A stretch of DNA of 64,000 nt from Naegleria gruberi (taxonomy: Eukaryota), in assembly GCA_000004985.1 (NCBI GenBank), contig GG738850.1. One strand, given 5' to 3'. Shown piece by piece: positions 42,065 through 54,258 of the stretch. Numbering within the stretch: position 1 is the first letter of the stretch; each line of letters starts with the position of its first letter. The notes under the pieces are model-generated. The model did no database searches. It was not told the origin of the DNA and was given only the letters and a program-made list of their open reading frames with translations. The translations under genes were made by a program, and so were the position numbers.

Positions 42065-43655
42065 TTAATCATCTTCATCTTCAATTTCAACATCAGATCC
42101 TCCTTCAACTTCTTCTTCATCACCATCTCCCATTTCAGCATCACCATCTTCATCATCGGAATCAACTGTGATAAAAACATCATCCTCAATTGGTTTAGAA
42201 GCAACCATTGGAATAAATTCATTATTTGGATCATTGACACTTGTCAATTTGTTAAGAACATTAGAATCATCAATTTGCATCATTGCATTATCCATGTTGA
42301 ATTGTTCCACAACACTTTCTCCTCTCTTTGGTGGAAGTGTATAGAAAGGTATTTTACCTGTATTCCAATCTCTCAAAACAATTTTACCTGCTTCTTTAAT
42401 ATTTGGTTTAGATCCCTTCAACAATTTACCACTTTGTTTAGCAACTTGTGTCAAGAATTCTTCTGCTGTTGTGAATGCTTGAACATTATATCTCCTCATA
42501 AGTCTTTCTGGTTTACATCTCTTCAAAATAATTCTAACAGGTTCCACAGTATCTTCCAATTGTTCAATTCTGACAGCATTACGAAGAATAACATCTGAAT
42601 CCAAAGAAGCTGATGAGAAAATAATACCTGGACTATCAATAAGTTTGATATTACTATCTAATTGAATTTCCTTAGCACAAGTTGTGACACCAGGTCTTGA
42701 ACCAACAACAGCAACACGTTGTCTCTTTAAAGAATTGATAACAGAACTCTTACCAACGTTTGGATAACCAATAATACCAACTGAAATAGACTTTTTGATA
42801 TCTTCGCTTCTGGCATAATTCTTCAATAATTGCATTAATGTATCAGCACCCAAACATCCTTTCATATCTTCTGTTGATCCTTGTGAAAGATTCTTTGATT
42901 GTTTTTGTGTATTAGATTTGAAAGCAATTGTTGGGAATTCCTTTCTCAAATATTCAAGCCATTGTGTAACAACTTCACGTGGAACCATATCAATCTTGTT
43001 CAAAAGAAGAATAATCTTCTTATTCATATGTTTAGAAAGAATAGCCTTTTCAATATTCAAACATCTACAACCCATTGGATCTCTGGCATCCAAAACTTCA
43101 ATAATAACATCACTTGCTTCAACAGTCTTATTGAATTCCTTATAATAAGCTCTCTTAGAAGCTGTTGAAAGTGAAGCTTGTTTAATATCTCTAGCATCAA
43201 ATGCATCACCTTGACCATCTTTCATAAGTTCTTCCTTGGCATTGAATTCCATTTGTTTACGTTGGGCCATATATTGAAGATGGGCCATTTCAGAAAGACG
43301 ATTATTTTCCTTTTGTGTTTCTACTCTATTGGTCTTCTTTGAAAGTTGGTCCTTTTCCTTTTGTTGTTTTTCTTCTTGTTTCTTTTGATAGATCTTTTCT
43401 AAAATTTGCTTTTTATCAGGAAGAAGATTTGGAATTCCGAGATCCTTCTTAAGTTCTAATCATCATCATAGTATTGGATGAAAACAATCACATCGGAATC
43501 AATAATTTGAATCTACTTGAGAACAACTTACTATTTCTTGGGAGAGCAATACCCTTCTTGGCGGCCTTTCTAACCTTTCTATCACGTTCCATTTTCTTCT
43601 TGATGAGATTAACCTTCTTCTTCTTGGTTACTCTACTACTCGATTGTTTGCCCAT
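42065..43655 (-). CDS. Nucleolar GTPase of the GNL3/nucleostemin/Nug1 family (circularly permuted GTPase). Two exons: 43655..43532 and 43455..42065.
   Basis: A basic N-terminal exon (MGKQSSSRVTKKKKVNLIKKKMERDRKVRKAAKKGIALPRN) was missed by the ORF track. A GTAAGT donor at 43531 and a TAG acceptor at 43456 (76-nt intron, phase 1) are followed by KDLGIPNLLPDKKQILEKI, the permuted G-domain G4-G1 (LLLNKID...IGIIGYPNVGKSSVINSL...DSPGII) and an acidic tail. Confidence 0.8.
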
Positions 43656-44007
43656 CTTTTATGTTTAACGTTATTTTTTTTGCGAATCACACAATTATTT
43701 GAACAAGAGAGTTTCAACATCATAATGTTGACCATAATAAATATAATAAATAATTTATTTTCGTTTATTGGAAGCAATTAATGACACTGTTTACTTTTGA
43801 ATGGCAATGTTGAATGAATGGAACTGTGTTTTGCTTCAATTCTATGGTTGATGATCTTGATTCGTAAGGGAAGTGAGCATTCTTTCCGTGAGAGGAAAGG
43901 TACTATGAGAGCTACTCTATTTTAACTTCTTTAATTTGATGAGTGTTTGAATTTTGGAAATGGCCTCTGTGAATCGATCTCTATAGACACTGTTTCCAAT
44001 AATTATT

Positions 44008-44934
44008 CTAATGAATATTATGAATCCAATTATTGTTGTAATCAGAAAGAGATACTTTTGAAGTTTTGAGAAATAGGAGAAGTGAATCAAAGACTACATG
44101 CTGTGTAAATAATTCATTTGAAATAGAATTAATACTTACATTTGTTGAATTGATAGATTTTTCCAATATTTGATATGATTCTTTCAGATTCTTGAGCAAT
44201 CCTTCAACATTATCATCTGTTCCTTTCGAATTTCTGATCAACTCTTCAACTTCCTCAATTGATAAGTCAGGATTATTCATTTCTGACAATATATGTTCCA
44301 TATCATTAATTTCTGCCACTTTTTCTTGAATTTTCTGTGTGTAAATGCGTGTTTCTCTGATCAAATGCTCTTCCATCTCAACACATTTGTTTTTCAAATC
44401 ACCAATTGTGATCACTTCAACTTCTCTGGGTGGTAGCGTATTTTCATCTGGTGTCAATTTGTTAATGAGTGAAAATGAAACAATATCATTATTACTAAGT
44501 TCAGATGTTGAAGATGATTCGAGAGTGATCGTCTCATTCAACCAACGAGTCCAATTATCATCCAGTAATCCACTATCTTCTTCTACTTGAATGCATTGTA
44601 ATAATTTAATCAAATATTGTCTTTTTGCATCAACACTTTTTACACCATTTAGGCTTTTCCACATTTTGTATTTCACACTTTCCGAAAATTTAAACCAATA
44701 TGGCTTCATGCTATCTAAACAATCCCCGATCATTGCTTGCTTAAAAAGAGCAGACATTTCCACTTGATCTTCCTCATCAGGAAAAAGATCTACTGGCAAT
44801 TTTGGTAAACCTGTTGTTGTGTTGATCAAATCCAAATTTATCAATTTATTGAAATTACTTTCAATAAGTCCATCCATCACGGTTGATTCTTCATCCTCCG
44901 ATTGAGTACTTTCCTTCTCATATTCTTCAGCCAT
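44008..44934 (-). CDS. Acidic hypothetical protein of about 300 aa; possible in-frame 39-nt intron at 44139..44101
   Basis: ATG at 44934. Glu/Asp-rich N-terminus, then a helical region. GTAAGT...ACAG of exactly 39 nt lies near the 3' end; it is in-frame whether removed or retained. Confidence 0.45.
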   Translation of the reverse strand: MAEEYEKESTQSEDEESTVMDGLIESNFNKLINLDLINTTTGLPKLPVDLFPDEEDQVEMSALFKQAMIGDCLDSMKPYWFKFSESVKYKMWKSLNGVKSVDAKRQYLIKLLQCIQVEEDSGLLDDNWTRWLNETITLESSSTSELSNNDIVSFSLINKLTPDENTLPPREVEVITIGDLKNKCVEMEEHLIRETRIYTQKIQEKVAEINDMEHILSEMNNPDLSIEEVEELIRNSKGTDDNVEGLLKNLKESYQILEKSINSTNVSINSISNELFTQHVVFDSLLLFLKTSKVSLSDYNNNWIHNIH

Positions 44935-45111
44935 TTTTTTTAAATTTAATAAAAATCAAATTTAATTAAATTTTTAATATCATGGAAAGGGAAGAACACT
45001 ACTTTATGCAAACAGTGGACCTTCCAAGCAATAAACTTAAAGAGACATAATTTACAACATTTAAATTATTCTAATGTTTAATGGAAAATATTTTTAAAAA
45101 AATATGGAAAG

Positions 45112-48100
45112 ATGAATGAAATATTGAGTAGACTTGATGAAGCGAGTGAATCCTCGTCATTATCACCAAAGGATCTATTGAAATATTTAAAGGAACAGGA
45201 GCAAACTATTGAATTGTTGATCACCAACCATCGGAACGATTTTAACTTTAATCAATTTGTTTTGAAAATTATACATCATGCTCACAAGTGTGGATTTGAA
45301 GAGTTGGTGAGGTTGATATTTGAAAGGATTCAAAGTGATGATTTATTACGAATTTTAAAAGAATCATTGGAAAATTATATTCTTTCTAATGATGATTCTA
45401 CTTTATGTAGTGTAAATAATTTATTCATGGGGTTGAGATCTTTTCAATCACCATTTGGAATGCTTTCGGAAATGGTTAGAAATAATGTACATAATAATTA
45501 CCTATCAAAGCAATACGGAGATAAGAATCATGTATATACATTCCTCAAATATTGCTTCAATGAATTTGTAAATATAGTTTTTTGCAATGATCCATACTCC
45601 TTTTTCAAAAGTTTGCTGTATAGCTTGATTGTGATTAGGAAAGAGGAAGTTGGAAAGCGAAGGAAAACAGTACAAGGAGCAGATGTAACCAGCAAGGGGT
45701 TATACCAATTCAATTTTAAGAACATATTACAATTGTGTGATACAAGCGCTCTGAGGAAACAATTCTTTGGACTTCTTATTCTAGTAGTATTGGAAATACC
45801 ACAAGAAAAATTGGAAACTCTACTTCCCTCATTCATAGAACAGGAAATTTTAGAAAATGAAGAGATTCTTGGATTATTATTGGAAACTCTGAAAGAAAAG
45901 AATGTTGAAAATAGTACTATTGCAATGATTTATAACGCCTTGGTAGTTTTGGAAGATGAGTTAGGACGTGAAGAGGAAAGTAGAGGAATTAACTCGTTTT
46001 GTAAAGTCTCTACAATGAAAGACAAGATCTTGAACGATTATCCAAATATGTTCTACTCTGAAGATGAAGTATTCTTGAGAGAAATCAATGCTACAAACAA
46101 CTTTGATGTCATCATTTATCAGCTTGAGGCAAAATCAATTGAGGATCTGTTGAAACTGTTAAGTTTATCTGACAATACTCATAATTTGACGAACTCAACA
46201 TTGGCTTGCATTTTTATAATAATTGAACGAATAATGAGTGGAGCAATTGAAAGCTCTCTTACCGAAAAATTATTGTTAGCACAACAGATCAAAGAATATT
46301 TACTTAAATTTATCAATTTTGCAACCACTGAGTTCTGTAATTATTACAAAGATATTGTACTGGAGGGAAAGGACGTGTTGGATATGAATCCAAATACAAA
46401 GAGATGGAAAGAAACAATGGTTAAGATATTTCAACTGATTGGAAATCTTCAAACAGTTTTCTTTGATGACAATATCACCCAGGAACAAACGGGCTTAGCA
46501 TTGCTATCTGTAGACAATCAAATCATTCAAAACATTACCTACCTTTACCTGTTTTCCAAAGTATTGGAAGCCACTGGATGTGCTGAGCTCAGTATGGGAC
46601 TTTCTCAAACACTTCTGAAATTATTGAATATTTCCAATACAGATCACCGAGTAACAATCAATAACAACGATATCAAAGAGGTTTGTATCACATTTTCATT
46701 ACCAAAAAATCTAAAACTCTTAAAGTTATTCAATGGATCACTGTATATAACACTCTGTATTATGAAGGATGAAAGCATGAGAATTTCAATGGGAGCGGAG
46801 GAAATTGAGGCAGTCCAATATATGCATGATCTTTTCAAAAAGACTGAAAGCATTTCAATTCCTAAAATTACTGTGGAAACTCTTGGTTTCATGATGTATA
46901 GTATTGTAAATAGCGAAGAAGAGGCGAATAATATTATTTCCAATCCCATGATGTATGTTATTACACGGCTTGGCCCTTTTAGAGATACTATTGAAATCAA
47001 GTTATCTTCCAGTGGAACTGTTAAGACTAATGTTCCTCAACCTCTTTATATGTTGACCAGTAAGTATTTAGATATAATGTTGATTTATTAGAAATGATTA
47101 GAGTTTATTGAGATTTTTGGAAATGACAAAACAATTTCACCAAGAAATGTTTACACTGCAATGTGTTTCATGATTGGTATAATTGAATCCTACTCAAAGC
47201 ATTTTTATGAAAGATTAGATTCCACACCATCAGAAAAAAGACCTGCCATGTTTTTATACATTGAAGAGTGTTCAAAACTTTTAGTTTTCAAATTCTCAAC
47301 CTTGATACCATTATTGAATACTGGAATGAATGCATTTAAAGGGCTAGATAGTATATATTTGAAGGCTTGCACCTCATACATGTCATTTATTAGTGCATTT
47401 CTATTGAAATTATCAAAGTCAAGAAAAATTGAGCTGGTTTCAGTGTTAATCAAACAGTGGTATGATAGGTTGCTCCAAGAACCAAAAAATCCCAACTACC
47501 ATTCAGATCTACAAGCTATGGAACAGGTTCCTGTGTTCTTCATGTTTCATCACCTTCTCAAAACTAATTATTTCTTCAAAATGATGTCCCACGAAGATTC
47601 AATTGTTGGAGTTAAACTCTTGAATTCAGCAGAAAAAACAGGAAAGGTATTTGAATTTTTCTCGATATATGTGGATGCATGGCTAGACATAGCAATGAAT
47701 ACTGATTCCCTTAATTTTGACAAGATAACATCCAAATCATTGACCAAAGCAATATTGGAAATATTTAATCAATATATTTCCGCTAAAGACTCTTTCGAGT
47801 CACTTTCAAATATTGATATGTTTGTCAATTCCACACTCAAAATATTCAAAAGCGAATTTATTAATGATGCAAGAGGTAACCTTTTGAAAATATATGATAA
47901 GATAACAGAGATAGATAAGGTAGCTCTTGCTTTCTTGGACTCTTTGGAAAGCTTGGATAACAAGCATCCATTACATAATTTTTTGGAAATTTTGGAAAAG
48001 AAGCCAAAAGAAGATGGTGTAACATTCTCAGTCAAATATAATACTCTAATGATTTTTGAGAAAATGGCCAAGCACATGAAACGAGTTATTCCCAAAAATC

Positions 48101-49020
48101 CTGAAAAGATTGATTCTCTTATTGATTTTTTGAAAAAGCATTCCATAGTTCAGAGAATGGTTGCAATAATCAATATCAAAGATGTAGATCCTAATATTAG
48201 CGAGGAAAGTCTCACTTCATATTTCAATTACTACGAGTCATTGTTGGATGCAATCCTTCCACTCTTGACAGTACTTCCTAAAAACGAGGAATACTCTATC
48301 AATTTAATTTCTGAACCACCTCTCACTACATTGTTGTGTAAATTATTCCAAAATAACCGAAAGCACATACTGAAAAAGTTTCCAAAACTATTGAGCACAC
48401 TTTTTACTCTCTATGAGAAGTGTCTACAAATATTTGTAGTCTATTCCAAAACATCAAAAGAACATGCAAAATTAGAAGAATTGCGTGAGAAACTCTTTTC
48501 CAAATCTTTCATTTTCATTATCAAGACATGCTTTGTAAATATTCCACTGAGTAATCAAGATGCTTATTTGTGGAAAAGAAGTGATGATCCTGGTAGAGAT
48601 CTTGCTAACTCATTAATTAATATCATTTCAGAAATAACTCAAGCGATAACTTCTGCTCCAAACTTGTTCAGGAATTATTCCCAAGTTTTAGAGGAAAATG
48701 GTGTGTTGCCAATTTTACAGAAAGTTGATCTTCCACATCCAAAATTGAAAATTATTATTGAAAGATTATCCAATAATAACTCATCATCTCCCTCCTTGAA
48801 ACAATATCCTTCATTTGCTAAGCCAAGCTCATCAAGTTCTGTACCACCAGCCACAAATACACCACCAGCAAATGACAGCAGTAATAACTCAAACAATGCA
48901 AGGTTTCAAACTACAAATGCATCATCGTCCACACCAAAACCTCCTGTTTTTAGACCTCCAGATTCGGCTTCAAATCAGACAGCTACCAAACAAGTATTTA
49001 AACCACCTCCTAGAAAATAA
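45112..49020 (+). CDS. Large alpha-helical repeat protein of about 1288 aa with a Pro/Ser/Asn-rich C-terminus. Two exons: 45112..47059 and 47102..49020.
   Basis: The two track ORFs are joined by a GTAAGT...ATTAG intron (47060-47101, 42 nt, phase 1), which removes the stop at 47089-47091. Leu-rich helical composition throughout (HEAT/ARM-like). Function unknown. Confidence 0.55.
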
Positions 49021-49021
49021 A

Positions 49022-49309
49022 TTATTTCCTTCTTTTTTGATTATAATTCTTACTGTTATTATTACTGCTAGAAGCATTAGAATTAGGATTTTTAAGCTTT
49101 TCAATTTCTTGTTTTGCAGTATAATATAGTTTGGAAATATTAACACGAAGTTGATTGTTTTCAGTTTCCTTCTCCTTCAATTTATGTCTTGTTTCATCCA
49201 ATTGTTGTCTGAGTTTTTCCACTTCAGTTTTCAACTCTTCTATTACTTTCCGATCATAGTCCCTTCCTAACAAATCACTGACAAAATCGTGTACTTCTTC
49301 GTTAGACAT
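49022..49309 (-). CDS. Small coiled-coil protein, 95 aa
   Basis: ATG at 49309. Its stop abuts the stop of the convergent large gene, 1 nt apart. Heptad-like charged sequence. Weak. Confidence 0.3.
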   Translation of the reverse strand: MSNEEVHDFVSDLLGRDYDRKVIEELKTEVEKLRQQLDETRHKLKEKETENNQLRVNISKLYYTAKQEIEKLKNPNSNASSSNNNSKNYNQKRRK

Positions 49310-49347
49310 TTTTTATTATTAATTTACAACCTTTAGACAATATTCAA

Positions 49348-50808
49348 TTACAATCTTTCAGCAAAGATTTGAGTCATATCAAACTTGATAAAGGTTCTTT
49401 GATAGGCAAACAATGGTCCAGAAGCATTGTCTTGTCTTTCGTAAGCAACGTAGACGTTATTCTTAGCAAAATCAAAAACAGCAGCTTGAACATTACCAGT
49501 GGCAGCCATACCCATAATTTGAATTGCTGTTTCAACATCATATTGACCATAATACTTTTGCATCAAAGCACCAAGACAGTATGAGTGAGTTGGTTGTGGA
49601 TGCTTATCCCAGTAAACAACTTGCTTCAATCTTGGATGTTGTGGATAGACAGGTTGAGTCATCCAATTGTAGACATTGAGTTGTTTGGCACTATATTCAA
49701 CACCTCTGAATTCACCATTAGTACTAGAACCAATACCAACATGAATACTGCAAGTTCTTTGAGTATTAATCAATTGAGTGAGACCAGAATCCAAATCAGT
49801 AGCAAATTGGAGAACATCACGAAGAGCAAAAGTCCATGGCTATATTTTAAATCCATATTAAAATTATATTGTTATAATTGAAATAGCATTGATAAATTAT
49901 AAAAAGGAAAATAAAAATCTTAATATTAAAAATCATCACTCAACACTTACCTTACCAATTCTAGCATTATTTTCTGGATGGCCCAACCAAACCTTTTCAG
50001 AAATGGCAATGCTTGAATTACTGTAACCAGTAATAGAACCAATCAAACCACAGAAACCAATGTTAGCAAAAGCTTGAGAACCAGGTTCAGTTGGGTGATA
50101 AACAACCATAGCTTTGCATGATCTGACAGGACTGTGAATATCCCAATCCAATGCACGAATTTGCAACAAGGTTCCATTAATTGATTTAGTAGCATCACCC
50201 CAAGCTCCGAACATTGAGCATGCAGCTTGAATAATTTCAGGAATATAATTCATACGGATCAATGATTTAAAACTCATTCCAGAACCATCAGCAATACCTT
50301 GTAATTCATCAATGAAACGTTTAGGAACATATGATTTAGTAAATTCATAATTTAAATCAAGAGCAGACTCCAAACCAAATTCAACAATATATTCAGCCCA
50401 TTCCTTTGGCAACTTATCAAGAATATGTGTCATATTCAAGATTAAGTCATCCAAATACTTATCAAAGGTTGGAATTAAAACACTCAATTCAGGTTTAAAC
50501 AATTCACCATAGGCTTTACCCATTTCATAGGCTGATCCATAAACATGAACCAAAAACATGGTATCATCACCAGCACCAGCAAGGAAACGTTTACCATTTT
50601 GTGTTGATCTGACAAAGGATGGTGGTCTTGTATAGATGGTATTAGTATTTGGTGCTCCATCACAATCAGAGAATTTATCTTGTTGTTGTGCTTGTTTGAT
50701 AATGTGTGAGAGTTTTCCCTGTCTCGATTCAACAAGTGTTGTAGAACAAATCGACAAGATAACCAACAACAAGGTGATGGTCAATAAATTAGATATTTTG
50801 ATCTTCAT
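49348..50808 (-). CDS. Secreted hydrolase-like protein, possibly Ntn-hydrolase superfamily (acid ceramidase/NAAA/peptidase C45-like). Two exons: 50808..49951 and 49839..49348.
   Basis: Signal peptide (MKIKISNLLTITLLLVILSICSTTLVES). GTAAGT donor at 49950 and ATATAG acceptor at 49840 (111-nt intron, phase 0). The family assignment is by composition and motif impression only (AFANIGFCGLIGSITGYS, GxG-rich). Confidence 0.5.
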
Positions 50809-51229
50809 GATGATAGATAGCTCACTCCTCCGAAGATTTGGTTTTGTTTTTTAAAAGCATCCAGTTAATTAGCCAATGTGCTTCCTTCCTCACATCTCTC
50901 TTCAAGACAACATATGGAAAACAATGTTCTTTGAAGAATCATCAACAAAAAAAATGGACGGTTGACGATGGAGTAAGCCTCAAACCAAGTTAAAATGGAA
51001 TATTAAATCAGTAAGGAGTTATTAAAGGAGTTAAGAATGGTTTTTTGTAATCTTGAGTTTAAATAAGAGGTTACAGAGGGAGGTGTTATTAGTTTCGAAA
51101 TTGTATGCTCTGTTCAACAAAGTGATGAGTCAAATCATGTTTGCTGCTTGTTACTTATTGCATTTACTTGAACAGTAGATAACTTAGTAAAGAATAATTT
51201 TGTTTTAAGTGTTATACAGAATTTACAGA

Positions 51230-52705
51230 TTAAATAATTATTTCAGTTTTGAGCCAAAATACTCCAGGTCCTCTAACGATATAATGTTCACCATGTGGAC
51301 AAATAGAAAGAGATTCTTCAAATGCAGTAAGTCTTCCAATATCCTCAATAATAAATTCATCACTGGCTGTTAATGGAATTTCAATATGTGTGTCAGTGGC
51401 AAAGACAATAACTTGAGATTCTTGTGGATCTTTAGCTCTCACTTTATGGAAGTTATGAGCGGATTGTGTTGTGCTATTGCTAATGGTTACTTCTTCCACT
51501 TGGAAATTTGATAATGGCAAAACTGTTGTGACAAAGAGAATATCTTCCAATGATTTCAAACAGAGTACAGGATTTTTCTATTCCATAATTAATAACAAGA
51601 TTTAAAACACTCAAAAACTTACACAATCCAATTCTAGGGCTGTAATTCTTTGATTTCCAGACTGTGTTGATAAATAAATGTCATCACTTCCACTATTACT
51701 TCCATTTTGGAAAACTTTAACTGGTACCTTATCTTCAAAAATGTTGGTCAAAGAAGAAGAAAGAGATGCTGCTCTTGCCAGAGTTATCACATTGGAATTA
51801 AGCATAGGTACAATAATCTTTTGATTCTTATTGTTTAAAGTGAGATGTACAACAGAGTGATGTAAAATATTGTACTGTTGGAGAATCAATTTGAGAGAAG
51901 ATGGTGGACTTGGTGTTGCAATTGATATGATATTTCTGGATTGGTGGGTTTGCAATGGTGGTGGTTTTTTCTTAAATGCTGGAACAGGGGGAAGATGAAA
52001 TTTGGACATTTCCATTTTTTCTGCTTCGAATTGGCTCTTTTTTGAGTTAAATGGTGGTGGAACTTTTGGTGGTTGACTTGATCTCAATAATTCGTCATCA
52101 GTAAGATCAGTTGAATCAGCAGTAAGGGAAGCGATTGGCTCGGAAGTATGTTGAACAGAGCCATTTCCAACTAATAAATCGAGGGCTTCATCATCTTCTG
52201 GGCTTTTAATCTCCTCATCCAATCCACAGGTATTTAAACCTGTTTCAGTATTTTGATAACACAAATCAACAACAAAATCATTTGCACTCATGTCCTCACT
52301 CTTCTTTGGGGTAAGAGTAGATTCTGAAGATACAGTTTCTGTATGGAAATAAGTAGTGTTCATAGATCCAAAAGTTGAGAATGAAGAAATCCCCAACTCT
52401 GAAGATGGAGTTTGACTATATTTTTCATGAAGTCTTTCCAAATATTCATCCTCACTAATAGATTCGGAACTACTAACAGTACCAGCTGATGGATTGATAA
52501 TTGTCAAATGATGTGGAGAGGTTGGTGTTGTTCTATTTGAACGTGGTTGTTCTGTTTCTAACTTGGAACCAATAGTGAGAGTCGGTTGTTCCTCTTGATG
52601 ATGATCATTATTACCTGTTACTGTTGGATCAAGTAGAGGTTTATCCGATACTACATCATCGGATGCTGTGAGTTGTGGTGTTGGTTCTTGATGTTCTTCA
52701 GCCAT
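51230..52705 (-). CDS. Hypothetical protein with a Ser/Thr/Pro-rich N-terminal half and a structured C-terminal domain. Two exons: 52705..51623 and 51577..51230.
   Basis: ATG at 52705. GTAAGT donor at 51622 and AATAG acceptor at 51578 (45-nt intron, phase 0) join ...ITALELDC to KNPVLCLKSLEDILFVTTVLPL...HYIVRGPGVFWLKTEIII. Confidence 0.45.
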
Positions 52706-52950
52706 TTTTTATGTTGATTTTTCTTCCTTGTCCTTTTTTTACATTCAAAGGTAAATTTAGAGGTCGGTAGTAAGAGCGGCAGATGACGAAGTACTTGTGA
52801 AACATTTTTGGAACTCAAATATTTATCTCCTACCAAAAATTACATTATTAATCTTTTATAAATTCTTCCTAAACAAGAGTTTTAATGATTGGGGGAATTT
52901 ATAATTTTAATTAATATCCAAATTTTATTCTAAAAATTGAAATAAAAAAA

Positions 52951-54258
52951 ATGGCTAGTCATGATGAGGAAGTTTACATTGCTGAATTTTATAGTGGTAT
53001 CGGAGGAACAAGAATGTCTCTTGAAATGATTCAAGCCTTTTTTGAGGCACAAGTAAATGGAAAGAAAATTAAATTTAATTGGATTGAAGCTTTTGATATT
53101 AATGAAAATGCAAATACTCTTTATAATAATTTATTTAATCACAAACCATGTGCAAAGGATATTGTGCATATTCCTATTGGTGATTTTCAAAATCATTATT
53201 TTAAATTATTTAAAAATTCATCATTGGAGCAAGCAAAGAAGAAATTAAAAACTGAACAAACAAGAAAATTAATGTGGACCATGTCTCCTCCTTGTCAACC
53301 ATTTACTTTGAACGGAAATAGAAAAGATAGTGAAGATGATAGGTCTAAGAGTTTTCTCTTCTTGATGGCAGATTTATTTCCTCAAGTTCTACCAGATTAC
53401 ATTTTTGTGGAAAATGTAAAGAATTTTGAAATATCTAAAACAAGACAACATTTAGTGAATCAATTGGAAAATTTTGGATACAAGTATGAAGAATACTTGA
53501 TTTGTCCAACACAATTAGGACTTCCAAATCAGAGAGTTAGATACTATTTAATTGGAAAGAGAGTAGCTAATATTACACCTCCATTAGAAAAAACAGAAGA
53601 GCTTAGAGAAATACCATTACATCTGATAACAGATCCACCAAAAACTATTTTAAGAGATCAGGAGCCTTTACGACCAAAAATTGATTTTGAGAGCTCATAT
53701 GGAAAAGAGAAAATTCTACAATTAGGAGCAAAGTTAATCGACTTGTATGATTTAAATTCTATTTTACTCACACCTGGGGAAGAGAAAAAATACCAAACTG
53801 ATATGATTTATTTGAACGAGAAAAATATAACAAAAATCAAAGGTTACAGATACGACCTAATTTTCAAAGATCCATATGGAAAGAAGAATTTAACACCAAT
53901 CAAATCTGAGTGTAGTTGTATCACAAAATCATATGGTCAAGTTCAATTCCTTAGAGGAACAGGACCTATAGTATTGATTCTTGATGAAAATCAAATGTTA
54001 GATATTGATTCTAATGAAACCATTTATAAGAAAATTGATTTTGAAAATCCAGTAGAAACCATGATGCCACTTGGAAAGCTTCGATTTTTACATCCAATTG
54101 AGGTATCACGACTAATGACATTTGTTCCTTGGATAATGAACAACACAGGCAAACTTACCGTTAAGCAACTTTACAAGTTGATGGGAAATTCTGTTAATCC
54201 AATTACTCTTGCAAACATAATTTATTTACTATTTTCAAGTGATTCATTTTTGGCTTAA
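52951..54258 (+). CDS. DNMT2: tRNA (cytosine-5)-methyltransferase DNMT2/TRDMT1
   Basis: C5-MTase motifs in canonical order: motif I (FYSGIGG), motif IV (SPPCQPFT), motif VI (ENVKNF) and target-recognition CFT-like elements. It matches Dnmt2 in having no N-terminal regulatory region. ATG at 52951 after aaaaaaaa. Confidence 0.85.
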   Translation: MASHDEEVYIAEFYSGIGGTRMSLEMIQAFFEAQVNGKKIKFNWIEAFDINENANTLYNNLFNHKPCAKDIVHIPIGDFQNHYFKLFKNSSLEQAKKKLKTEQTRKLMWTMSPPCQPFTLNGNRKDSEDDRSKSFLFLMADLFPQVLPDYIFVENVKNFEISKTRQHLVNQLENFGYKYEEYLICPTQLGLPNQRVRYYLIGKRVANITPPLEKTEELREIPLHLITDPPKTILRDQEPLRPKIDFESSYGKEKILQLGAKLIDLYDLNSILLTPGEEKKYQTDMIYLNEKNITKIKGYRYDLIFKDPYGKKNLTPIKSECSCITKSYGQVQFLRGTGPIVLILDENQMLDIDSNETIYKKIDFENPVETMMPLGKLRFLHPIEVSRLMTFVPWIMNNTGKLTVKQLYKLMGNSVNPITLANIIYLLFSSDSFLA

